A stretch of DNA of 64,000 bases, taken from NCBI GenBank assembly GCA_950097015.1, contig CATNEN010000011.1, positions 806,001 through 870,000 of the forward strand, read 5' to 3'. The position numbers and the translations under genes are program-made. This stretch comes from Macrostomum hystrix (taxonomy: Eukaryota > Animalia > Platyhelminthes). The notes below the pieces were generated by a model that searched no databases, was not told the origin of the DNA, and saw only the letters and a program-made list of their open reading frames with translations. Shown in pieces: positions 41,901 to 52,030 of the stretch; positions within the stretch are counted from its first letter, which is position 1, and the number at the start of each line of letters is the position of its first letter.

Positions 41901-44197
41901 CAGTTTCTAGTGAGATTAGAGAGTGGGATCTGAGTTTCTAGTGAGATTAGAGAGTGGGATCTCAGTTTCTAGTGAGATTAGAGAGTGGGATCTCAGTTTC
42001 TAGTGAGATTAGAGAGTGGGATCTCAGTTTCTAGTGAGATTAGAGAGTGGGATCTGAGTTTCTAGTGAGATTAGAGAGTGGGATCTGAGTTTCTAGTGAG
42101 ATTAGAGAGTGGGATCTCAGTTTCTAGTGAGATTAGAGAGTGGGATCTCAGTTTCTAGTGAGATTAGAGAGTGGGATCTGAGTTTCTAGTGAGATTAGAG
42201 AGTGGGATCTGAGTTTCTAGTGAGATTAGAGAGTGGGATCTCAGTTTCTAGTGAGATTAGAGAGTGGGATCTGAGTTTCTAGTGAGATTAGAGAGTGGGA
42301 TCTCAGTTTCTAGTGAGATTAGAGAGTGGGATCTGAGTTTCTAGTGAGATTAGAGAGTGGGATCTGAGTTTCTAGTGAGATTAGAGAGTGGGATCTGAGT
42401 TTCTAGTGAGATTAGAGAGTGGGATCTGAGTTTCTAGTGAGATTAGAGAGTGGGATCTCAGTTTCTAGTGAGATTAGAGAGTGGGATCTCAGTTTCTAGT
42501 GAGATTAGAGAGTGGGATCTCAGTTTCTAGTGAGATTAGAGAGTGGGATCTCAGTTTCTAGTGAGATTAGAGAGTGGGATCTGAGTTTCTAGTGAGATTA
42601 GAGAGTGGGATCTCAGTTTCTAGTGAGATTAGAGAGTGGGATCTCAGTTTCTAGTGAGATTAGAGAGTGGGATCTCAGTTTCTAGTGAGATTTTCCTTCC
42701 TACGAACATTTTAGTTAATGTGGATCGTATAGTCCCGTAAAATTAGTTACAGTCATTCATTTTAATGCCTGGTATGATTATAATTCATAAGATAATAGTG
42801 AGTTATAGCGGATTGGTAAAAGGTCATTTAGAAAAACCTAGTTGTCGACTTTTTTCTCGACATCAGAAAATAAGATAGAAAGTACAATATTTAGTAATTT
42901 CCGTCAGATTATCAGAAAAATGTCTGTATTAACAATCAGTTAATTCTGCTTTATCAGCTTCGATACATAGGCTTGAATATAAGTAATGAAATGCTGTTGC
43001 ACTGATCACGAAAGTGCTGTTCCTGTTCTGTTACTGTTTTATCTTTTTTTCCAGCAAATTTCATAAATGAATTTACCATCTGAAAACTGGCATTCTGCAT
43101 GCAACTAATTAGATTTGTTTGTTATTGTTAAAAGACATTCCGGTTTGCTTAGTTTAGTAGCTTCGCATTATTGTTGACTTGAAATGTATAATGAGCTGTT
43201 CAATTAAAAGGTTTGCACAATGACCTTACGAGTATATGTGCTCCTGATTTTCTAAAAAACAACGAAATCGTCCCTTAATAAACTATTCTCTCCCCTGACA
43301 TCCTCTCCCCTGAAATCCTCTCCCCTGACATCCTCTCCCCTGACATCCTCTTCCCTGACATCCTCTCCCCTGACATTATCTCCCCTGACATCCTCTCCCC
43401 TGACATCCTCTCCCCTGACATCCTCTTCCCTGACATCCTCTTCCCTGACATTATCTCCCCTGACATCCTCTCCCCTGACATCCTCTCCCCTGACATTCTC
43501 TTCCCTGACATCCTCTCCCCTAACATCCTCACCCCTGACATCCTCTCCCCTGACATCCTCTTCCCTGACATCCTCTTACCTGAAATCCTCTTCCCTGACA
43601 TCCTCTTCCCTGACATTATCTCCCCTGGCATCCTCTTCCCTGACATCCTCTCCCCTGACATTATCTCCCATGACATCCTCACCCCTGACATCCTCTCCCC
43701 TGACATTATCTCCCATGACATCCTCTCCCCTGACATCCTCTCTCCTGACATCCTCTCCTGTCCGACCAGCTGCAGACCTTCTCTGATCGAATCCGGCAGC
43801 GCTCATCCCTCTTCAGCGCGCTGCTCTTGTAATTGACCTGACCGGCCGAGGTTCCCCGTCGCCGGTTTCTGGTGCGGGTCTGCTGGAGCGCCACGCTGGT
43901 GCTGTCGTTAATTGAGTCGCGCAGAGTCTCCAGAGCTTCAATCAATCGTCTGGTTGGATTCAGTGTGCTCAGGATGTCCTCAGCGGCAGCTTGGCCGATG
44001 TCCATCGAATCAGCTTCAGCGTTGGCAGCCGCTGGATTATCTTCGACGCCTTCGACTGATTGATTTTCAGCTGATGTCGGTTGATAATTAACACCTGCGC
44101 CTTTGAGTTTTGTGCTCAAGCACTCGGTCGAATTGAAATCTGCGCTGTTGTTAGAGAAGCAGTCATCGTCCGTGTCGACGGCGTGGTAGGCTGCGTC
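29929..44197 (-). CDS. Cys-less (Pro-loop) pentameric ligand-gated ion channel subunit; first coding exon not located
   Basis: All exons are phase 0 and GT-AG: 44197-43778, 41824-41696, 36059-35859, 35661-35404, [32540-32385 or 32318-32163], 31247-30930, 30804-30757, 30039-29929 (TAA). Motifs: RVVFLKIGEIDTLKELYHADAFIQAKWKEP, YWNPLIYIDN, LELNDFPLDVQDL (no Cys), RRPGYFYWNVFL (pre-M1/M1), RLQLSFTLFLTSVAF...LPKISYLTYMDKY (M2-M3), and M4 VFISFAALYVLAHVIFIFWLY. Confidence 0.9.
32163..32318 (-). CDS. pLGIC mutually exclusive M1-end/M2 exon B
   Basis: ttgcag|TTC...ATG|gtgag; 156 nt; FMISGLSFATFAVEPHKCEHRLRLSFTLVLTSVTFKYVVAQSLPRISYLTYM. Confidence 0.9.
32385..32540 (-). CDS. pLGIC mutually exclusive M1-end/M2 exon A
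   Basis: ttgaag|TTC...ATG|gtgag; 156 nt; FFITGLSFATFAVAADKPESRLQLSFTLFLTSVAFKFVINQSLPKISYLTYM. Confidence 0.9.
32725..33178. repeat. 35-bp minisatellite (about 13 copies)
   Basis: Unit TTGATGCTGACACATTCCTTAACTATAGGGTCTTG; recurs at 32761 and 32796. Confidence 0.96.
33790..34200. repeat. Degenerate repeat of about 15 bp (GGGAGATTCCTAAGG)
   Basis: Repeated GGAGATTCC cores; explains ORF 33702..33932. Confidence 0.85.
34990..35380. repeat. 25-bp minisatellite (about 15 copies)
   Basis: Unit GTTAGACACAGATGTTCACCTAGCT, ending about 25 nt from the splice donor at 35403. Confidence 0.96.
36130..36570. repeat. 39-bp satellite, array 1
   Basis: Unit GATGAAGGAATAGAATGGATTGCTAGTCTAGCCTCARTG; 13-aa periodicity in ORF 36184..36489. 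Confidence 0.97.
39230..41660. repeat. 39-bp satellite, array 2 (about 60 copies)
   Basis: Same unit as 36130-36570; source of ORFs 39549..41690 and 39835..41745. Confidence 0.98.
41849..42690. repeat. 31-bp minisatellite (about 27 copies)
   Basis: Unit GTGAGATTAGAGAGTGGGATCT(C/G)AGTTTCTA, starting about 25 nt from the acceptor at 41825. Confidence 0.97.
43285..43760. repeat. 15-bp minisatellite
   Basis: Unit TCCTCTCCCCTGACA; source of ORFs 43275..43751 and 43576..43806. Confidence 0.96.
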
Positions 44198-44239
44198 CTA
44201 GAAATTTTTGGGCACTTTTTTAATACTAATTATATATTC

Positions 44240-44906
44240 AAATGAAAGGAATAGAATGCATTGCTAGTCTAGCCTCAGTGGATGAAGGAGTAGAATGGAT
44301 TGCTAGTCTAGTCTCAGTGGATGAAGGAATAGAATGGATTGCTAGTCTAGCCTCAGTGGATGAAGGAATAGAATGGATTGCTAGTCTAGCCTCAGTGGAT
44401 GAAGGAGTAGAATGGATTGCTAGTCTAGTCTCAGTGGATGAAGGAATAGAATGGATTGCTAGTCTAGCCTCAGTGGATGAAGGAATAGAATGGATTGCTA
44501 GTCTAGCCTCAGTGATTGAAGGAGTAGAATGGATTGCTAGTCTAGCCTCAATGGATGAAGGAATAGAATGGATTGCTAGCCTAGGCTCTCTCTTGGTGGA
44601 AGGAGTAGAATGGATTGCTAGCCTAGGCTCTCTCTTGGTGGAAGGAATAGAATGGATTGCTAGCCTAGGCTCTCTCTTGGTGGAAGGAGTAGAATGGATT
44701 GCTAGCCTAGGCTCTCTCTTGGTGGAAGGAATAGAATGGATTGCTAGCCTAGGCTCTCTCTTGGTGGAAGGAGTAGAATGGATTGCTAGCCTAGGCTCTC
44801 TCTTGGTGGAAGGAGTAGAATGGATTGCTAGCCTAGGCTCTCTCTTGGTGGAAGGAATAGAATGGATTGCTAGCCTAGGCTCTCTCTTGGTGGAAGGAGT
44901 AGAATG
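44240..44906. repeat. 39-bp satellite, array 3, switching to a 42-bp variant
   Basis: 39-bp unit up to about 44570, then GAAGG(A/AG)TAGAATGGATTGCTAGCCTAGGCTCTCTCTTGGTG-type units (14-aa period in ORF 44242..44907). Confidence 0.95.
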
Positions 44907-45679
44907 AAATGGTTTGTCAACAGAGAGTCTACTTTTTAGTTAAAAGCGATGCAGGACTATAATTTTTTAAATAATTGTTTTTTGTTTCCAGTTTTTAAGT
45001 GTTTTTCAAAAAAATAATAAAATGAATAAGGCTCGCTCTAAAAAAACACAACACAAAAGTACATAATATTGTATCCATGCTGCATAGCAATGTCACGCCG
45101 GGTTTTTTTTATCGTCGCCTAGTAAAAACTTACTCCGGTAGCTGTACAGTATCGTCTTCGTCCTTTCTTCTTTAAATTGACCAATTCCTGAGCTGAGGTC
45201 ATAGCTAATCAGCAGCCTATTGTTTATAATTTTTGCAGTTGCACGAGTATAAGCTGTTTCCTATCCTCGAAGTGATGCTATGTGAATTCTGCTCTTAGAT
45301 TTTTATATCTTTGCCAGTCTCGATTATGCACGCTCTGTGGGGGTGGCTATTCACCAGTGTGACTGCTCAAAGTGAAATAGGACGAGATGAGGCATAACGG
45401 AGGCTGGGAGTCCACCTCAATTAGGCCCTGGGAGCCAATGGTAGGAATCTATTGGGTTAGTATGAGTTGTTCTCCAGTTTTGCTTAAGCTCGATCAGAAT
45501 TTTTTATTTCTAATAGTCATTACAACTGCTGGGCAATAATAGTTATATAGTTTAAATAAAATAAACAGACAAATATTTTCCTTCCAAAAAATCTATTGGA
45601 AATATTTACTTTAAACTAAAAAAATGCGGAAAATAACTCACTTACTTTAAGCTACTATGAGTAGTCCAGGGAGAATTCT

Positions 45680-48600
45680 TCAGAAGACTGAAGAAGTCTG
45701 AAGAAGACTGAAGAAGTCTGTAGAAGTCTGAAGAAGACTGAAGAAGACTGAAGAAGTCTGTAGAAGACTGAAGAAGTCTGTAGAAGTCTGTAGAAGACTG
45801 AAGAAGACTGAAGAAGTCTGTAGAAGTCTGTAGAAGTCTGAAGAAGACTTAAGAAGTTTGAAGAAGTTTGAAGAAGTCTGAAGAAGACTGAAGAAGTTTA
45901 AAGAAGACTGAAGAAGTCTGTAGAAGTTTGAAGAAGTTTGAAGAAGTCTGAAGAAGACTGAAGAAGTCTGTAGAAGTCTGAAGAAGACTGAAGAATTCTG
46001 AAGAAGACTGAAGAAGACTGAAGAAGACTGAAGCAGTCTGAAGAATACTGAAGAAGTCTGTAGAAGTCTGAAGAATTCTGAAGAAGACTGAAGAAGTCTG
46101 TAGAAGACTGAAGAAGACTTAAGAAGTCTGAAGAAGTTTGAAGAAGTCTGTAGAAGTCTGAAGAAGTCTGAAGAAGACTTAAGAAGTCTGAAGAAGTTTG
46201 AAGAAGTCTGAAGAAGTCTCAAGAAGACTGAAGAAGTTTAAAGAAGACAGAAAAAGTTTGAAGAAGTTTGAAGAAGTCTGAAGAAGTTTGAAGAAGTCTG
46301 AAGAAGTCTGAAGAAGACTGAAGAAGTTTGAAGAAGTCTGTAGAAGACTGAAGAATTCTGAAGAAGACTGAAGAAGACTGAAGAAGACTGAAGAAGTCTG
46401 AAGAATACTGAAGAAGTCTGTAGAAGTCTGAAGAATTCTGAAGAAGACTAAAGAAGTCTGTAGAAGACTGAAGAAGACTTAAGAAGTCTGAAGAAGTTTG
46501 AAGAAGTCTGTAGAAGTCTGAAGAAGTCTGAAGAAGACTTAAGAAGTCTGAAGAAGTTTGAAGAAGTCTGAAGAAGTCTCAAGAAGACTGAAGAAGACTG
46601 AAGAAGTCTCAAGAAGACTGAAGAAGACTGAAGAAAAATGAAGAAGACTGAAGAAGACTGAAGAAGACGAAGAAGAAGTCTGAAGAAGACTGAAGAAGAC
46701 TGAAGAAGTCTGTAGAAGACTGAAGAAGTCTGTAGAAGTCTGAAGAAGACTGAAGAAGACTGAAGAAGTCTGTAGAAAACTGAAGAAGTCTGTAGAAGTC
46801 TGTAGAAGACTGAAGAAGTTTGAAGAAGTCTGAAGAAGTTTGAAGAAGTCTGAAGAAGTCTGAAGAAGACTGAAGAAGTTTGAAGAAGTCTGTAGAAGAC
46901 TGAAGAATTCTGAAGAAGACTGAAGAAGACTGAAGAAGACTGAAGAAGTCTGAAGAATACTGAAGAAGTCTGTAGAAGTCTGAAGAATTCTGAAGAAGAC
47001 TAAAGAAGTCTGTAGAAGACTGAAGAAGACTTAAGAAGTCTGAAGAAGTTTGAAGAAGTCTGTAGAAGTCTGAAGAAGTCTGAAGAAGACTTAAGAAGTC
47101 TGAAGAAGTTTGAAGAAGTCTGAAGAAGTCTCAAGAAGACTGAAGAAGACTGAAGAAGTCTCAAGAAGACTGAAGAAGACTGAAGAAAAATGAAGAAGAC
47201 TGAAGAAGACTGAAGAAGACGAAGAAGAAGTCTGAAGAAGACTGAAGAAGACTGAAGAAGTCTGTAGAAGACTGAAGAAGTCTGTAGAAGTCTGAAGAAG
47301 ACTGAAGAAGACTGAAGAAGTCTGTAGAAAACTGAAGAAGTCTGTAGAAGTCTGTAGAAGACTGAAGAAGACTGAAGAAGTCTGTAGAAGTCTGTAGAAG
47401 TCTGAAGAAGACTTAAGAAGTTTGAAGAAGTTTGAAGAAGTTTGAAGAAGTCTGAAGAATACTGAAGAAGTTTGAAGAAGTCTGAAGAAGTCTGAAGAAG
47501 ACTGAAGAAGTTTAAAGAAGACTGAAGAAGTTTGAAGAAGTTTGAAGAAGTCTGAAGAAGACTGAAGAAGTCTGTAGAAGTCTGAAGAAGACTGAAGAAG
47601 TTTGAAGAAGTCTGTAGAAGACTGAAGAATTCTGAAGAAGACTGAAGAAGACTGAAGAAGTCTGAAGAATACTGAAGAAGTCTGTAGAAGTCTGAAGAAT
47701 TCTGAAGAAGACTGAAGAAGTCTGTAGAAGACTGAAGAAGACTTAAGAAGTCTGAAGAAGTTTGAAGAAGTCTGTAGAAGACTGAAGAAGACTTAGGAAG
47801 TCTGAAGAAGTTTGAAGAAGTCTGTAGAAGTCTGAAGAAGTCTGAAGAAGACTTAAGAAGTCTGAAGAAGTTTGAAGAAGTCTGAAGAAGTCTCAAGAAG
47901 ACTGAAGAAGACTGAAGAAGTCTCAAGAAGACTGAAGAAGACTGAAGAAAAATGAAGAAGACTGAAGAAGACTGAAGAAGACGAAGAAGAAGTCTGAAGA
48001 AGACTGAAGAAGCCTGAAGAAGACTGAAGAAGTCTCAAGAAGACTGAAGAAGACTGAAGAAAAATGAAGAAGACTGAAGAAGACTGAAGAAGACGAAGAA
48101 GAAGTCTGAAGAAGACTGAAGAAGACTGAAGAAGTTTAAAGAAGACAGAAAAAGTTTGAAGAAGTTTGAAGAAGTCTGAAGAAGTTTGAAGAAGTCTGAA
48201 GAAGTCTGAAGAAGACTGAAGAAGTTTGAAGAAGTCTGTAGAAGACTGAAGAATTCTGAAGAAGACTGAAGAAGACTGAAGAAGACTGAAGAAGTCTGAA
48301 GAATACTGAAGAAGTCTGTAGAAGTCTGAAGAATTCTGAAGAAGACTAAAGAAGTCTGTAGAAGACTGAAGAAGACTTAAGAAGTCTGAAGAAGTTTGAA
48401 GAAGTCTGTAGAAGTCTGAAGAAGTCTGAAGAAGACTTAAGAAGTCTGAAGAAGTTTGAAGAAGTCTGAAGAAGTCTCAAGAAGACTGAAGAAGACTGAA
48501 GAAGTCTCAAGAAGACTGAAGAAGACTGAAGAAAAATGAAGAAGACTGAAGAAGACTGAAGAAGACGAAGAAGAAGTCTGAAGAAGACTGAAGAAGACTG

Positions 48601-50365
48601 AAGAAGTCTGTAGAAGACTGAAGAAGTCTGTAGAAGTCTGAAGAAGACTGAAGAAGACTGAAGAAGTCTGTAGAAAACTGAAGAAGTCTGTAGAAGTCTG
48701 TAGAAGACTGAAGAAGTTTGAAGAAGTCTGAAGAAGTTTGAAGAAGTCTGAAGAAGTCTGAAGAAGACTGAAGAAGTTTGAAGAAGTCTGTAGAAGACTG
48801 AAGAATTCTGAAGAAGACTGAAGAAGACTGAAGAAGACTGAAGAAGTCTGAAGAATACTGAAGAAGTCTGTAGAAGTCTGAAGAATTCTGAAGAAGACTA
48901 AAGAAGTCTGTAGAAGACTGAAGAAGACTTAAGAAGTCTGAAGAAGTTTGAAGAAGTCTGTAGAAGTCTGAAGAAGTCTGAAGAAGACTTAAGAAGTCTG
49001 AAGAAGTTTGAAGAAGTCTGAAGAAGTCTCAAGAAGACTGAAGAAGACTGAAGAAGTCTCAAGAAGACTGAAGAAGACTGAAGAAAAATGAAGAAGACTG
49101 AAGAAGACTGAAGAAGACGAAGAAGAAGTCTGAAGAAGACTGAAGAAGACTGAAGAAGTCTGTAGAAGACTGAAGAAGTCTGTAGAAGTCTGAAGAAGAC
49201 TGAAGAAGACTGAAGAAGTCTGTAGAAAACTGAAGAAGTCTGTAGAAGTCTGTAGAAGACTGAAGAAGACTGAAGAAGTCTGTAGAAGTCTGTAGAAGTC
49301 TGAAGAAGACTTAAGAAGTTTGAAGAAGTTTGAAGAAGTTTGAAGAAGTCTGAAGAATACTGAAGAAGTTTGAAGAAGTCTGAAGAAGTCTGAAGAAGAC
49401 TGAAGAAGTTTAAAGAAGACTGAAGAAGTTTGAAGAAGTTTGAAGAAGTCTGAAGAAGACTGAAGAAGTCTGTAGAAGTCTGAAGAAGACTGAAGAAGTT
49501 TGAAGAAGTCTGTAGAAGACTGAAGAATTCTGAAGAAGACTGAAGAAGACTGAAGAAGTCTGAAGAATACTGAAGAAGTCTGTAGAAGTCTGAAGAATTC
49601 TGAAGAAGACTGAAGAAGTCTGTAGAAGACTGAAGAAGACTTAAGAAGTCTGAAGAAGTTTGAAGAAGTCTGTAGAAGACTGAAGAAGACTTAGGAAGTC
49701 TGAAGAAGTTTGAAGAAGTCTGTAGAAGTCTGAAGAAGTCTGAAGAAGACTTAAGAAGTCTGAAGAAGTTTGAAGAAGTCTGAAGAAGTCTCAAGAAGAC
49801 TGAAGAAGACTGAAGAAGTCTCAAGAAGACTGAAGAAGACTGAAGAAAAATGAAGAAGACTGAAGAAGACTGAAGAAGACGAAGAAGAAGTCTGAAGAAG
49901 ACTGAAGAAGCCTGAAGAAGACTGAAGAAGTCTCAAGAAGACTGAAGAAGACTGAAGAAAAATGAAGAAGACTGAAGAAGACTGAAGAAGACGAAGAAGA
50001 AGTCTGAAGAAGACTGAAGAAGACTGAAGAAGACTGAAGAAGACTGAAGAAGTCTGTAGAAGACTGAAGAAGACTTAAGAAGTCTGAAGAAGTTTGAAGA
50101 AGTCTGTAGAAGTCTGAAGAAGTCTGAAGAAGACTTAAGAAGTCTGAAGAAGTTTGAAGAAGTCTGTAGAACACTGTAGAAGTGTGAAGAAGTCTGAAGA
50201 AGACTGAAGAAGTCTCAAGAAGACTGAAGAAGACTGAAGAAGTTTCAAGAAGACTGAAGAAGACTGAAGAAAAATGAAGAAGACTGAAGAAGACTGAAGA
50301 AGACGAAGAAGAAGTCTGAAGAAGACTGAAGAAAAATGAAGAAGATTGAAAAAGACTGAAGAGAA
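45680..50365. repeat. 10-bp satellite (CTGAAGAAG[A/T]), about 4.7 kb, with a 1898-bp higher-order duplication
   Basis: Identical ORF translations at 47000..47926 and 48898..49824; the rare variant GACAGAAAAAG occurs at 46246 and 48144. Confidence 0.97.
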
Positions 50366-50424
50366 CTGAAAAATAATAAACAAAAAGCATGTTATAGGAA
50401 AGAATTCGAGCATATTTAGATTAA

Positions 50425-51033
50425 CAGTAGGACTACCAAGCCATTTTGCCGCCCGTGTTTATACCAAGGGGGGATTTACCCCCCCCCTGAGAACATTTTT
50501 GGCAGCGCCTGAAAGCTAACCGCGTAGGGTGGTGACTGATTGGTTGACAGACTAGGCGATGGTGTACTGTGGTTGAGCTGCGCCTAATATTTAGGCTTCA
50601 GCAGTGAAATTTTAGAAATTCGCGTCAGGGTGTCCAGAGTGGCCTATTTCCACATTTTTTTGCATTTGAAGGTCCCGCAGTCCGTCTAGATAAAGGTAGG
50701 TGACCACCAAAGACGGAGATGATGCAGGCACATTCGGGTGACATGCTGATAAAGTTTGAAGGTCTGGAAAGGCCGCACTGAGGCGCAGTGCAAATTCGTG
50801 TATAGGGGTGTATGAAACTCACTAGCTCTTATGGGAAAAATCGGACCTTCGGCCAGAAACATTGAATATCTCGACGGTCTGAAGAGCTGGCGACTTGTTT
50901 CTTGTTTCAGAAGATGCGCAACAAAAAGTTGGCCCGTGTTCTTGAGTTTCGTGTGCTTGGATTGTTCCGTTCGGGTGCAGCAAAAAAAATGTCAGGGGGG
51001 GGGGAAATTCCTCCCCCCTTCGTAGTTCTACTG
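50425..51033. mobile_element. TTAA-flanked MITE (piggyBac-like), 609 bp
   Basis: TTAA at 50421-50424 and 51034-51037; TIR CAGTAG(G/A)ACTAC(C/G); subterminal inverted GGGGGGATTT-CCCCCCCCTGA-CATTTTT blocks. Confidence 0.75.
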
Positions 51034-51699
51034 TTAAGCACAACTAGAAGAACTAATGAAGAAGAACAATACGAGGGCACATAATTGTTTGGAATCGGCA
51101 GTAATCTATGTAAAGCTACTGACAAACCCTCAAATTAGGGAGCTCATATTGCCCGTCTAGTTTCTGTTGATCAGCGAGAAATCAGCCAACCACAATGATT
51201 GGTTCTGCTCAACGAACGGCGAAAAATATCTCGCCGAAAGCTAAAGTCTTGAATTAGCTTCTCAGCTGAGCACAGTAGTGTACAGAATCGTCGCTTACCC
51301 AATTATATGCTAATTTTCTCGATATCTAAATCTTGTGAAAAGTCACGTTTAGACTCTTCTCAGACAAGGCAGACGGTCTGTTGGACTGTGCGGGTTCAGG
51401 GCGATAGATGCAGCTGCTTGTCGTCTGTCACGACTTGATCACGTGGCTGAACTTTTACGATTCGACTCGATATGTGACTCCAAACACAGCGACAGATATA
51501 ATTGTTAAAGAGCTTAAAAATTATTAAATGCATAAAATATAAATTTATCTACACGACCACAATAAACACACGACTCACTGAACACATGACAGCATAGGCA
51601 CAAAACTCAATGATCCCACGACACAATAAACACACACCAGTGTTAGTGAATACCCGACACAATGCATAAAAGACATAAAAATACTAGAAAAAATAAACA

Positions 51700-52030
51700 C
51701 ACAAATAAACATTTGACACAATAACCACGTGACCTAAATAAACACACGATCGAATAAACATTTGACACAATGACCACGCGACCTAAATAAACACACGATC
51801 GAATAAACATTTGACACAATGACCACGCGACTTAAATAAACACGTGGTTATTCGAATAAATATCGAATAAATATTTGACACAATGACCACACGACTTAAA
51901 TAAACACACGATCGAATAAATGTTTGACACAATGACCACGCGACTTAAATAAACACACGATCGAATAAATATTCGACACAATGACCACACGACTTAAATA
52001 AACACACGATCAAATAAACATTTGACACAA
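51700..52030. repeat. Minisatellite of about 49 bp (about 6 copies)
   Basis: AATAAACACACGATCGAATAAACATTTGACACAATGACCACGCGACTTA; GACCTAAATA recurs at 51731 and 51780. Confidence 0.88.

Noticed and set aside
41849-42690. CRISPR-like array (and the other 29-39 bp arrays)
   Set aside because: The units are directly adjacent with no unique spacers, there are no cas genes, and the context is eukaryotic.
45330-45440. Second HDV-like candidate on the - strand (CCCAGCCTCC...GTGAAT)
   Set aside because: P1, P3 and P2 could not be placed in the correct order, and there is no catalytic C.
45680-50413. Leu/Ser/Phe-rich ORFs up to 308 aa
   Set aside because: They are the reverse-strand reading of a 10-bp satellite.
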